This document shows positions 41,799 through 50,651 of a stretch of DNA of 64,000 nt, in pieces. The stretch comes from Clostridia bacterium. Its GTDB lineage: Bacteria; Bacillota; Clostridia; Christensenellales; Aristaeellaceae. Every line of letters begins with the position of its first letter. Within the stretch, counting starts at the first letter, position 1. Location: contig JAFSNT010000230.1 in assembly GCA_017443295.1 (NCBI GenBank), forward strand, positions 1,709 to 65,708. Direction: 5' to 3'. The notes beneath the pieces were generated by a model. The model did no database searches and was not told where the DNA came from. It saw only the letters and a list, made by a program, of their open reading frames with translations. The position numbers and the translations under genes are program-made.

Positions 41799-42251
41799 TT
41801 ATGGCTGGGCTAACTTTCTTGTTCCTGCATTATCACCTGTTGCAAGATAGCCTTCCGCGAATACACCAACAGATTCAGGGAGACTGAATTGTCCTGTAGC
41901 ATTTATAACAGTCCATAATCCGTTTATTATTCCCCATATAGGTACTGCTACATATGTCGCAACCGTAATTGCTGCCCCAGTTAGCTTTCCTGTCCAGTTT
42001 CCTTTTCCGGCGGTAATGGCGACTTTGCCGTCACCATTGTTCTTGATAGTCACATAACACTTAGTGTCCCCACCCAAAAGACCATTGTAAAATCCCACTT
42101 CCCTGGTATTTGCGTTAAGAACATGAATCCCTTTTTCTGGGTCATATTCATGTGCTACTGACATGCCTTTTTTATCAAAAAACCCAACAATTGCATCGCA
42201 TAATTCGTTTTCGGTATGTCCGTTCAATTCTAATGTCCTGTCCATGCTCAA
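41799..42251 (-). CDS. hypothetical protein with C-terminal hydrophobic segment (low-GC gene)
   Basis: 150-aa ORF, no family recognised. Probable TM region LTGAAITVATYVAVPIWGIINGLWTVI. Divergent from the XRE regulator. Confidence 0.5.
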   Translation of the reverse strand: MSMDRTLELNGHTENELCDAIVGFFDKKGMSVAHEYDPEKGIHVLNANTREVGFYNGLLGGDTKCYVTIKNNGDGKVAITAGKGNWTGKLTGAAITVATYVAVPIWGIINGLWTVINATGQFSLPESVGVFAEGYLATGDNAGTRKLAQP

Positions 42252-42598
42252 TACCTCCAGTCCTTTTTTTGAATAAATACGTATGTCATTTCACGTAACT
42301 GTTTGAAGTTCATTCTGACATGTTAAAAATAGCAGAAAGAAATTCAGTTTTCCAACTCTGTATCCTATCTTTGTACGATCCTGTAATCAAGAAAATCGAG
42401 AACAATCACCTTCCCTTTTTTATCATCCTGAATCGTATTGATGAATTTTCCTTTTACATTTTTCTCTCCCTCCCTAACTGCTACTTGTCATGTAATTCGT
42501 CTTCTCTAAATTATCACATTTCGTGATTTTTGTCAATATCCCGTTTTGTGATAAATATAATGAAATAGATTACTGAATGTCGGAAGGGGGAAATTGCC

Positions 42599-42829
42599 TT
42601 GCGTCTACGCGACCTTCGGGAAGATCACGACTTGACGCAGACAGAACTGGCAAGGCAACTTCATATTCGACAAAGCACGTATTCCCAATACGAAAACGGG
42701 CAACGACAGATTCCTTTAGAAGCGTTGATAAAACTTGCGCTTTACTATCACACATCAGTTGATTATATCCTGGAATTAACAGATGAGGTTACTCCCTATC
42801 CATTGTCAAAGCGATACATAAAAGTATGA
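42599..42829 (+). CDS. XRE-family helix-turn-helix transcriptional regulator
   Basis: TTG start after GGAAGGGGG. LRDLREDHDLTQTELARQLHIRQSTYSQYENGQRQIPLEALIKLALYY is a Cro/C1 HTH. Confidence 0.8.
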   Translation: MRLRDLREDHDLTQTELARQLHIRQSTYSQYENGQRQIPLEALIKLALYYHTSVDYILELTDEVTPYPLSKRYIKV

Positions 42830-42851
42830 ATCATTAAAACTATCTGCTTAT

Positions 42852-42976
42852 GCTTCTGGCCCGGCGGCTGAAAGCCGCCTGACCGGATGCAAAGCATCCG
42901 GTGAAAGCCAAAGAGAACCCCCAGGGGAAAGCTCGATTTCCCTTGGGGGTTCCCTGGCTTTCATGGGGCCAGAAGC
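42852..42976. repeat. cloverleaf-like composite element, copy 3
   Basis: Outer stem gcttctggccc/gggccagaagc. Hairpins ggcggctgaaagccgcc, ccggatgcaaagcatccgg and the long hairpin gaaagcc..ggctttc. Confidence 0.85.
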
Positions 42977-43079
42977 CCACTATCTGTTATTTCTCCCAGC
43001 GACAGGCGAACGTTGTCTGTTTTATTCGTTCAAGTCAATTCGCCTAATGGTGTCCAGAGGACGAAGTCCTTTGGCGCGG

Positions 43080-43104
43080 GGGTCTGGGGCCGCGGAGGCC
43101 CCAG
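43080..43104. repeat. GGGTCTGGGGCCGCGGAGGCCCCAG hairpin
   Basis: 25-mer identical to 37397-37421. Confidence 0.9.
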
Positions 43105-43111
43105 TATAGCC

Positions 43112-46100
43112 CTACAGCTGGAACAGCGTCACTTGGTTGGTTTCGGCCAAATCTTTCAGGCAGCCGTGCTCCCGCAAAAGGTCGATGACGGCGCTGGAGG
43201 CCTTGCCCCGGTTTTTCAGGTCTTCCACGGAAATGAAGGGATCGCTGCGGGCGTCCACGATGCCCTGGGCGGCGGCTTCGCCCAGGCCCCCAAGGGCGGT
43301 GAAGGGCACGCGGAGGCCTCTGTCGCCCTCGGGAATGAAGCGCTTCACATCGCTCTTGTAGAGGTCGGCGGGCAGGAAATAGTAGCCCCTCGCCATCATT
43401 TCCAACACCAGCTCCATGGCGGTGATGGCGTCCTTGTCCTTGGCGGTGGTTTTCTTTTCCTGGTCGGCCTGATAGGCTTCTTTCAGCTTCTGGCGAAGCT
43501 GGTCGATGGGCAGGATCATGGTGCAGGCGTCGAAGCCGTCGCCGCGAATGGTGAAGTAGGCGGCGTAGTAGGCCTGGGGGTAGTATACCTTGTAGTAGGC
43601 CACGCGCAGGGCCATGGTCACGTAGGCGGCGGCGTGGCCCTTGGGGAACATGTACTTGATTTTGCGGCAGCTTTCCTCAAACCAGGCGGGCACGTTGTGC
43701 TCGTGCATGGCGTCGGCCATTTCGGGCTTTAAGCCCTTGCCCTTGCGCACAAATTCCATGGTGTCAAAGGCCATTTTGGCGGGGACGCCCTGCTGCATGA
43801 GCTGGTTCATGATGTCCTCGCGGGTGCAGAGGCATTGACTTAAAGGCACGATGCCCTTGTCGATCAGGTCTTTGGCGTTGCCTAACCACACGTCGGTGCC
43901 GTGGGACAGGCCGGAAATGCGGATCAGCTCCTGCATGGTTGAGGGGTGGGTGTCCTCTAACATCTGGCGCACAAAGGCGGTGCCGAATTCAGGCACGCCG
44001 AAGGTGCCGGTGTTGCAGTTGATTTCCTCCTTGGTGACGCCCAGGGCCTTGGGGGAGGAAAAGAGGCTCATTACGCCCTTATCGTCCAGGGGGATCTTTT
44101 TGAAGTTCACCCCGGTCAATTCCTCTAACATATGCAGCATGGTGGGATCGTCGTGGCCTAAGATGTCCAGCTTGACCAAAATGTCGTGCATGGAGTTGAA
44201 ATCGTAGTGGGTGGTGACGGTGGTGGATTCCACGTCGTCCGCCGGGTGCTGCACGGCGGTGAACTGGCAAATGTCGTATTGCTGGGGCAGCACCACCATG
44301 CCCGCCGGGTGCTGGCCCGTGGTGCGCTTCACGCCTACGCAGCCCGCCGCCAGGCGCTCCTTTTCCGCGTCGGAGACGGTCATGTTCCGTTCTTCCAAGT
44401 ATTTCAATACGTAGCCGTAAGCCGTTTTTTCCGCTAAGGTGCCGATGGTGCCCGCGCGGAACACGTATTCCGGGCCGAACAGCTCTTTCACGTAGTTGTG
44501 GGCGGTGGGCTGGTATTCGCCGGAGAAGTTCAGGTCGATATCCGGCACCTTGTCGCCCTTGAAGCCAAGGAAGGCTTCAAAAGGAATGTCGAAGCCGTCC
44601 TTGACCAACGGATTGCCGCAGACCGGGCATTTTTTGTCCGGCAAATCCACGCCGATGGTGTACTGGGGCGGAATGTCAAAATCGGCCTTGCGGCAGGTTT
44701 CGCAGCGGTAATGGGGCGGCAGGGAATTGATTTCCGTGATGCCGGTGAGGAAGGCCACGAAGGAGGAACCCACCGACCCACGGCTGCCCACCACGTACCC
44801 GTCCGCCAGGGATTTTTTCACCAGCTTTTGGGCGATGGAATAAAGCGTGCAGTAGCCGTAGCCCACGATGGCGTTCAATTCCTTGTCGATGCGCTTCTGT
44901 ACGATGTCCGGCAAATCGTCCCCGTACAGGCGGTGGGCGGTGCCGTAGGTGAGATTTTTGATATCGTCCTCCGCTTCGGGCCAGAAGGGGGAGAAGGTGG
45001 TTTTGCCCTCCGGGTGCTTGGGGAACAGGCCCACTTCGCCGATGCGGGAGGCGACGAGCTTGGGGTTTTTGACGACCACCTCGTAGGCCTTTTCCTTGCC
45101 CAGATAGGAGAATTCCTTCAGCATTTCGTCGGTGGTCTTGAAGTACAGGGGCGGCTGATTGTCGGCGTCGGAAAAGCCCTGGCCCGCCTGGATGATGGAG
45201 CGGAAAACCGCGTCCTCCGGGTCGAGAAAATGCACGTCCCCGGTAGCGCACACGGGCAGGCCCAGCTTTTCGCCTAAGCGCACGATGCGGCGGTTGTATT
45301 CCCGCAAATCCTCCTCGCTGCCTACCCGGCCCTCCCGGAGCAGGAATTCATTGTTGCCGATGGGCTGAATCTCCAAATAATCGTAGAACCGGGCGATTTT
45401 GCCGAGCTTTTCATCGCTGGCCCCGTCCACCATAGCGGAAAACAGCTCGCCCGATTCGCAGGCGCTGCCCACGATCACGTCCTTGCGGTACTTTTGCAGC
45501 ACGGCCCGCGGAATGTGGGGTTTGCGGCGGAAGTATTTCAGGTGGCTTTCCGAAATCATGTGGTTCAGGTTGGTCATGCCGTCCTGGCTGGCGGCCAGCA
45601 GTACGATATGCCAGGAATTGCCCAGGGTGTAGCCGGTGGACACGTCGTTTAAGTCCCGCAGCTTTTCCGCGCCCTTCTTCTTTGCGTCGTCGATCATGCG
45701 GGCCAGACACTGGGCGGTGGCGGCGGCGTCGTTGACGGCCCGGTGGGCGTCCTTCAAGGACACGCCCAAGCGCTTGCACACGCTGCCGAGCTTGTGGGTT
45801 TTCAGTTCGGGGTACAGCTTCCGGGCCAGGGTGAGGGTGTCCAGGTGGGGCACGTCGTAGGTCATCCCCAAACGCTTCAATTCGCTGTCCAGCACGGCGC
45901 AGTCGAACTTGGCGTTGTGGGCGGCGATGGGGCAGCCGTCCATGAAGGCCAGCAATTTGGGCATAGCCTCCGCGATGGTGGGCTGACCGCGGAGCATTTG
46001 ATCGGTGATGTGGGTGATTTCGGTGATCTTGGGCGGCAGCAGCATGCCGGGGTCGATCAGCTCCCCGTAGCTGTCCACCACCTGGCCGTTGGCCAATTTC

Positions 46101-47446
46101 ACCGCGCCGATTTCGATGATGCGGTCCTTGGCGGTGTTCAGGCCCGTGGTTTCAAAGTCCAGCACGATCACGGGGGTGTCGATGGGCAAATCGCTGTCCC
46201 CCGTCACCACGTCGTCGTCGTCGGTCAGGTAGCCTTCCACGCCGGGCAGCAGCTTGATGCCGTTTTTCTTGGCCGCGCCGAAGGCTTCGGGAAACGCCTG
46301 CACCACGCCGTGGTCCGTAACGGCGATGGCCTCGTGGCCCCATTTGGCCGCCCGCTCGATGAGGGCGGTGGCGGAGGCCACGGCGTCCATGTTGCTCATT
46401 TGAGTGTGCAGGTGCAGCTCGATGCGCTTTTCTTCGGCGGTGTCCATACGCACGGGCAGATCGCAGGCGGACATATCCCGCACCATGACCACCGTTTCAT
46501 GGGAAAACTTATCGTACTGGGTATCGCCCCGCACGATGATGCCCATGCCGGGCTTCACGGCTTTGACGACCTTTTTCACCACTTCCCGTTCCTCGTCGGT
46601 GATGGGCGGCGCTTCCTCGTCCTTCCGCGCGCGGGCGTGATAGCGCAGGAACGCCTTGCAGCGGATGGTGGAGGTGAAGTCCGTGACCAGGAAGGAGAGC
46701 AGCACCATTTCGCCGCCGGAAATTTCCTTGTCCTCGGCGGACAGCACCTTGCCCCGGATGACCACCAGGCCCGTATCGTCCGTCAGGCCCTTGATGGGCA
46801 CCGGCGGATCGTTGATGGGGCGGCCCTTGATGCGGTTATCCTTTTCCTTGGGCTTTTCTGCCTGGGCCGCCTGAGCGGCGATTTCCTCATACCGCTGGGC
46901 GCGCTCGGCGGCCACCCGGTCCTGCTCCGCCCGTTCCTGCTTCAATTCCTGCAAACGCTTTTCCTCGTCGCCGCACACCCGCAGGGCCACTTCCGTGTCC
47001 ACCCGGAACACGTCGTGAATCACGGCGGCCAGCTGCTCCCGCACGCCCTGCTTTTCCAGGTAACGGGCGGAAAACTCGTCCGGCATTTCCAGGGTGACTC
47101 GGCCGTTGCCCGGCGTCCAGCGCATATCGAATTCCCAGGACGCCGCCGCCGGATAGTGGCGGATCAGGAAATGATTCAGCGGCGCGCAGTATTTATCGGG
47201 GTTTTCCAAAAATTCCTTCGCCAGCGACGGGCTGGCCACCCGCAGGGAGAATTTCAGCCCCGGGAACGCTTTGCCCAGGGCGTTCTTCATGATGAAAAAG
47301 CCCTTCTCCCCGATCAGCACGTCGGAGAGAAAGGAGAAATACGCTTTGTTCTCGCTTTTGCAAAACCGCACCCGTTCAATGGCGAGCTTGCCTTCCGTTT
47401 CGGGCAATGCCTGGGTGACGCTGCGGAGTAATTCTTCGTAGGTCAT
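43112..47446 (-). CDS. polC: DNA polymerase III alpha subunit, PolC type
   Basis: 1444 aa with an internal 3'-5' exonuclease block (VLDFETTGL.. HNAKFDCAVL) inside PHP/pol III alpha, the Gram-positive PolC architecture. Confidence 0.95.
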   Translation of the reverse strand: MTYEELLRSVTQALPETEGKLAIERVRFCKSENKAYFSFLSDVLIGEKGFFIMKNALGKAFPGLKFSLRVASPSLAKEFLENPDKYCAPLNHFLIRHYPAAASWEFDMRWTPGNGRVTLEMPDEFSARYLEKQGVREQLAAVIHDVFRVDTEVALRVCGDEEKRLQELKQERAEQDRVAAERAQRYEEIAAQAAQAEKPKEKDNRIKGRPINDPPVPIKGLTDDTGLVVIRGKVLSAEDKEISGGEMVLLSFLVTDFTSTIRCKAFLRYHARARKDEEAPPITDEEREVVKKVVKAVKPGMGIIVRGDTQYDKFSHETVVMVRDMSACDLPVRMDTAEEKRIELHLHTQMSNMDAVASATALIERAAKWGHEAIAVTDHGVVQAFPEAFGAAKKNGIKLLPGVEGYLTDDDDVVTGDSDLPIDTPVIVLDFETTGLNTAKDRIIEIGAVKLANGQVVDSYGELIDPGMLLPPKITEITHITDQMLRGQPTIAEAMPKLLAFMDGCPIAAHNAKFDCAVLDSELKRLGMTYDVPHLDTLTLARKLYPELKTHKLGSVCKRLGVSLKDAHRAVNDAAATAQCLARMIDDAKKKGAEKLRDLNDVSTGYTLGNSWHIVLLAASQDGMTNLNHMISESHLKYFRRKPHIPRAVLQKYRKDVIVGSACESGELFSAMVDGASDEKLGKIARFYDYLEIQPIGNNEFLLREGRVGSEEDLREYNRRIVRLGEKLGLPVCATGDVHFLDPEDAVFRSIIQAGQGFSDADNQPPLYFKTTDEMLKEFSYLGKEKAYEVVVKNPKLVASRIGEVGLFPKHPEGKTTFSPFWPEAEDDIKNLTYGTAHRLYGDDLPDIVQKRIDKELNAIVGYGYCTLYSIAQKLVKKSLADGYVVGSRGSVGSSFVAFLTGITEINSLPPHYRCETCRKADFDIPPQYTIGVDLPDKKCPVCGNPLVKDGFDIPFEAFLGFKGDKVPDIDLNFSGEYQPTAHNYVKELFGPEYVFRAGTIGTLAEKTAYGYVLKYLEERNMTVSDAEKERLAAGCVGVKRTTGQHPAGMVVLPQQYDICQFTAVQHPADDVESTTVTTHYDFNSMHDILVKLDILGHDDPTMLHMLEELTGVNFKKIPLDDKGVMSLFSSPKALGVTKEEINCNTGTFGVPEFGTAFVRQMLEDTHPSTMQELIRISGLSHGTDVWLGNAKDLIDKGIVPLSQCLCTREDIMNQLMQQGVPAKMAFDTMEFVRKGKGLKPEMADAMHEHNVPAWFEESCRKIKYMFPKGHAAAYVTMALRVAYYKVYYPQAYYAAYFTIRGDGFDACTMILPIDQLRQKLKEAYQADQEKKTTAKDKDAITAMELVLEMMARGYYFLPADLYKSDVKRFIPEGDRGLRVPFTALGGLGEAAAQGIVDARSDPFISVEDLKNRGKASSAVIDLLREHGCLKDLAETNQVTLFQL

Positions 47447-47509
47447 GCGTTCTTCCTTTTCGTTCGTTTTTTCAACTGGGCGAGAGAGCCAATTACTTAG
47501 TTTTCAAAT

Positions 47510-47971
47510 TTATTTTATATTGATCCAGATTCCGGTATCGTGAATAGAAGCATCTTCCATATTGTTATAAAAGTTTTTCGCTTCATCATTATTTGCCATC
47601 AATGCAATCAATAAGCCTACGCCCTGTTCTTTGCATTTCGTGCGTAATGCGTTCAACAGTGCCTGCGCTGTTCTGTGGTGTCTTTCACTTTTCAGCACGC
47701 AAATCCAATCAAGGTAAGCGCTAAAGCAGGTCGCATCACTTCGGCTGCTGATAAGAGAAGCATCAATTCTACCAATAACCCTATTATCTTTCAGCGCGAT
47801 AAGGGATAACGCTGTGTTAAACCTTGGATCATCAAAGCTCTGCTCTAATTGTTTTTCATACGCTTCATCAGGTTCCCAGTAATAGGTGTCCGGCTCCTGC
47901 TTTCTTAATTCCAATTCAAAGGCAATTACTTTCTGAATGTCTTCTTTTTCAAGTTCCTTTATCTCAAACAT
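47510..47971 (-). CDS. GNAT-family N-acetyltransferase (low-GC gene)
   Basis: 153 aa with a GNAT core (..LDWICVLKSERHHRTAQALLNAL..). AT-rich. Confidence 0.7.
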   Translation of the reverse strand: MFEIKELEKEDIQKVIAFELELRKQEPDTYYWEPDEAYEKQLEQSFDDPRFNTALSLIALKDNRVIGRIDASLISSRSDATCFSAYLDWICVLKSERHHRTAQALLNALRTKCKEQGVGLLIALMANNDEAKNFYNNMEDASIHDTGIWINIK

Positions 47972-48059
47972 ACGGTTCCTCTTGCTCTACTGTATGAAGG
48001 AATAACGAATTTTTTCTGCGCAAATCATCCCGGCAGATCGCTCACAAGCACGAAAATGC

Positions 48060-48087
48060 TTGACAATCCTGCCAAAGGGGATATAAT
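48060..48087 (+). promoter_or_regulatory. promoter of the orphan structured RNA
   Basis: TTGACA, 16 nt, TATAAT, followed by AAAGACGAGGAGT. Confidence 0.6.
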
Positions 48088-48093
48088 AAAGAC

Positions 48094-48455
48094 GAGGAGT
48101 GAACCACGCACGCGGTTCCTCTTTGAAGTTCTTACCTAACTTGCGATTCGCATCGCAAGAACAGTCGTCACTTGGCCGAGTGGCGGCTGTTCTTTTGTTT
48201 GCGATGCGTTTCGCTGATGACGATGGTCACAGTGTACTTTCCAATATGGAATGTAATACGCTTTCGCACCACCCCCCTTTTCAGAAGGTGTCCGAGCATT
48301 CCGCAACCTCAATCGGCGCAACTCCGCACTGCGGAGATTGCTTGTTTCGGTTGACCAAAGCGCTGACGATATACCCGCCACTGGCGGTCGTCAGCGCTTT
48401 GTCCACCTGCGCGTTTGTTGTTCACTCCCGGCCCTGACGGATCAGGGCTTTTTTA
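48094..48455 (+). ncRNA. orphan ~360-nt structured RNA candidate, class unknown
   Basis: TTGACA-16 nt-TATAAT promoter at 48060-48087. Several long hairpins (48140-48159, 48157-48194, 48358-48401). GC-rich stem plus T-run terminator at 48431-48455. The only ORF (48099..48437) starts inside the GAGGAG with no spacing. Confidence 0.5.
48431..48455 (+). terminator. intrinsic terminator of the orphan RNA
   Basis: gccctga cgga tcagggc followed by TTTTTTAT. Confidence 0.7.
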
Positions 48456-48624
48456 TTGTATGAAAAACCCCGAAATTTGTCAATAGTGGCTTGTTAGACC
48501 GAAAACGGCATGCGGTAATACGTCCACATCATGAACGAAGATTTTGAACTCACTGAGTACAAAATTTGCGGACTTTCCAACAACAGCATTTGCTGTAGCC
48601 TGTCCTTCGCTAAACTGGAATTTG

Positions 48625-49227
48625 TTATTCTGTATCAATTTTTACCTTTATTTCCGTGTCGTTTTGCTCTCTCATTTCGTAAATCATTTCCAGTTCTGCT
48701 ATAACATCTTCTTTTCTTCGAATAAACCCCTCAAAATGACTGACTAACAAGAAGGTAGCGTTTAGTTTTTTCAAAACCGCTATTTCTTCCTGCAAAAGCC
48801 GGGCATCGTATATATAACAGCCATCTCTCACTTTGCTGTAAAGTGCATCGCCCACAAATGCATAAGTATTGTCTACTTCCAAGCCCAAACTGCCTTTTGT
48901 ATGGCTGGAAGGTAAGGGAAAAATATGCAGATTTCCGATATAGAGGCTTCCACACACAATTTTCCCTTTGGAAATATATTCATACGTTTCTTTTGATAAG
49001 TAGAGTTCCCTGGTTTGAATCTTATTAATATTTCCAATATGGTCCTGATGAAAGTGAGATAAAACTATGTTATAGCCTCCATCCAAATCAGTTATATGAT
49101 TCTCTCCGTTGCCCACATCATAGAGCCAAGTGACGCCGTTATCTCGAATAATCCCAATTTCTGCAGAGAGAGGGTTTTCAGAGGATGCAATGTAACTGAT
49201 CTTATCATTTATTTTTATTTCGTCCAT
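48625..49227 (-). CDS. MBL-fold metallo-hydrolase (low-GC gene)
   Basis: HxHxDH motif LSHFHQDHIGN. 200 aa. Confidence 0.75.
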   Translation of the reverse strand: MDEIKINDKISYIASSENPLSAEIGIIRDNGVTWLYDVGNGENHITDLDGGYNIVLSHFHQDHIGNINKIQTRELYLSKETYEYISKGKIVCGSLYIGNLHIFPLPSSHTKGSLGLEVDNTYAFVGDALYSKVRDGCYIYDARLLQEEIAVLKKLNATFLLVSHFEGFIRRKEDVIAELEMIYEMREQNDTEIKVKIDTE

Positions 49228-49251
49228 TTATCGCCACCACCAAACTTCGAT

Positions 49252-50313
49252 TTATGCATCAGTTGCTGAAAGCCTGAGGTATTCCCGCACCGCCTGCACA
49301 AACCCTTCCGCCAGATCGCCCGTCAGCTTTTTCACGGGCTTGCCGTGGATGAACAATTCGCCGCAGTCCTTGCCGCCGCACAGGGCGATGTCCGCGTCCC
49401 TGGCTTCGCCGGGGCCGTTGACCACGCAGCCCATCACCGCCACAGTAACAGGCAAATCAATATCGGAAAACTCCTTGGTCACCCGCTGGGCGATGCCCAT
49501 GACGTTGATTTGCGTGCGGCCGCAGGTGGGGCATGACACGAACCGGATGCCCTTGCGCAGCCCCAAAGCGCGAAGGATTTCCAGGGCGGCTCTCGGTTCG
49601 TCCACCGGGTCGCTGGTCAGGGACACGCGCACCGTGTCGCCGATGCCGTCCAGCAGCAGCGACCCGATGCCGATGGCGCTTTTCACCGTGCCCTGGCCCG
49701 GCAGGCCCGCTTCGGTGACGCCCAAATGCAGGGGATAATCGCACACCTTGTGCATCAGCCGGTAGGCCGCCACGGTGGTGGGCACGTCGCTGGCTTTCAG
49801 GGAAATCACGATATCGTCAAAGCCCGCTTCCTCCAGCAGCTTCACGTGATTCAGGGCGCTGTCCACCATGCCCTGGGGGGTAAGGCCGCCGTACTTGGCC
49901 AGGATGTCCTTTTCCAGGGAACCGGCGTTGACCCCGATGCGGATGGGCACATGGTGCATCTTGGCGCAGTCCGCCACCCGGCGCACCTTCTCCGCGCTGC
50001 CGATGTTGCCGGGGTTGATGCGCATTTTGTGAATGCCGTTTTCCATGGAGGCGATGGCCAGCGTGTGGTCAAAATGAATGTCCGCCACCAACGGCACCGG
50101 GCTTTGATCCACCAGCCGCCGCACCGCCCCGGCGCACGCCCGATCGTACACCGAAACGCGCACCAAATCGCACCCCGCCGCCGCCAATTGCCTGATCTGC
50201 TCCAGGGTGGCGGCCACGTCCCGGGTGTCCGTATTGGTCATGGATTGAATGGAAACAGGCGCGCCGCCGCCGATCAATACGCTGCCCGCCTTTATCTGTT
50301 TTGCTGCGCCCAT
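49252..50313 (-). CDS. ispG: 4-hydroxy-3-methylbut-2-en-1-yl diphosphate synthase
   Basis: ORF trimmed to the ATG at 50313 (GGAGGG upstream). ..PVSIQSMTNTDTRD.. and a C-terminal CPTCGR FeS motif. Confidence 0.9.
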   Translation of the reverse strand: MGAAKQIKAGSVLIGGGAPVSIQSMTNTDTRDVAATLEQIRQLAAAGCDLVRVSVYDRACAGAVRRLVDQSPVPLVADIHFDHTLAIASMENGIHKMRINPGNIGSAEKVRRVADCAKMHHVPIRIGVNAGSLEKDILAKYGGLTPQGMVDSALNHVKLLEEAGFDDIVISLKASDVPTTVAAYRLMHKVCDYPLHLGVTEAGLPGQGTVKSAIGIGSLLLDGIGDTVRVSLTSDPVDEPRAALEILRALGLRKGIRFVSCPTCGRTQINVMGIAQRVTKEFSDIDLPVTVAVMGCVVNGPGEARDADIALCGGKDCGELFIHGKPVKKLTGDLAEGFVQAVREYLRLSATDA

Positions 50314-50348
50314 AATGCCCTCCGTTTGTCTTTCGGTTGCTGTTGTAC

Positions 50349-50377
50349 TTGACATTTTTCAACGATATGCATATAAT
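50349..50377 (+). promoter_or_regulatory. promoter of the sRNA candidate
   Basis: TTGACA, 17 nt, TATAAT, followed by AAAGACAGGGAGT. Confidence 0.55.
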
Positions 50378-50383
50378 AAAGAC

Positions 50384-50470
50384 AGGGAGTTGGTAGCTCG
50401 CGGAGTTTATCGCCTGCCGGTGATAAAATCATGAAAGCCACCGCGTATGCCAGTACGCGGTGGCTTTCTC
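50384..50470 (+). ncRNA. ~85-nt sRNA candidate convergent with the 30-aa toxin-like gene (putative type I antitoxin)
   Basis: TTGACA-17 nt-TATAAT at 50349-50377. Ends at the bidirectional terminator 50436-50465, so the 3' ends of the two transcripts would overlap. Confidence 0.4.
50436..50465. terminator. bidirectional terminator shared by the sRNA and the toxin-like mRNA
   Basis: agccaccgcgta tgccag tacgcggtggct, with T-rich tracts on both strands. Confidence 0.6.
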
Positions 50471-50475
50471 ATTGC

Positions 50476-50568
50476 TTATTTGTGATTCTGATTCAGAATG
50501 AATTCGATCAGTTTCAGCAAGAGAGTCATGGACGCGATACAAATCATGGTGATTTCATACCCGCTCAT
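50476..50568 (-). CDS. 30-aa hydrophobic peptide, BsrG/Hol-Tox-like type I toxin candidate
   Basis: Read by eye; below the ORF-track length cutoff. ATG at 50568 preceded by AGGCAGGTGAT. Peptide MSGYEITMICIASMTLLLKLIEFILNQNHK. Own consensus promoter at 50652-50680 and a shared bidirectional terminator. Confidence 0.5.
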   Translation of the reverse strand: MSGYEITMICIASMTLLLKLIEFILNQNHK

Positions 50569-50651
50569 GTGCATCACCTGCCTTTCGTTCAGCAGGTGCA
50601 AGCTCCGCGTATTGTCTCCCTGTCTGCCATGGATCGCTCCACGGCAGATTT

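Noticed and set aside
41240-41800. Short ORFs (41094..41444, 41279..41485, 41508..41732, 41529..41783) in the low-GC segment
   Set aside because: They are mutually overlapping, have no RBS and no motifs. They may be gene remnants, but none can be supported.
45743-47431. 562-aa plus-strand ORF, and other ORFs inside 43112..47446
   Set aside because: It is antisense to polC.
48099-48437. 112-aa ORF inside the orphan RNA unit
   Set aside because: The GTG start overlaps the only SD-like string with zero spacing. The ORF exactly fills the promoter-to-terminator unit, which is full of long hairpins. The peptide has no recognisable features. It is treated as non-coding, though this is not proven.
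48094-48455. Identification of the orphan RNA as RNase P RNA, tmRNA, SRP RNA or 6S RNA
   Set aside because: Hallmark strings are absent: GGAAAGTCCGG for RNase P, a GGGG 5' end, tag ORF and CCACCA 3' end for tmRNA, and the GGAAGCAGC helix-8 motif for SRP RNA. The length does not fit 6S RNA.
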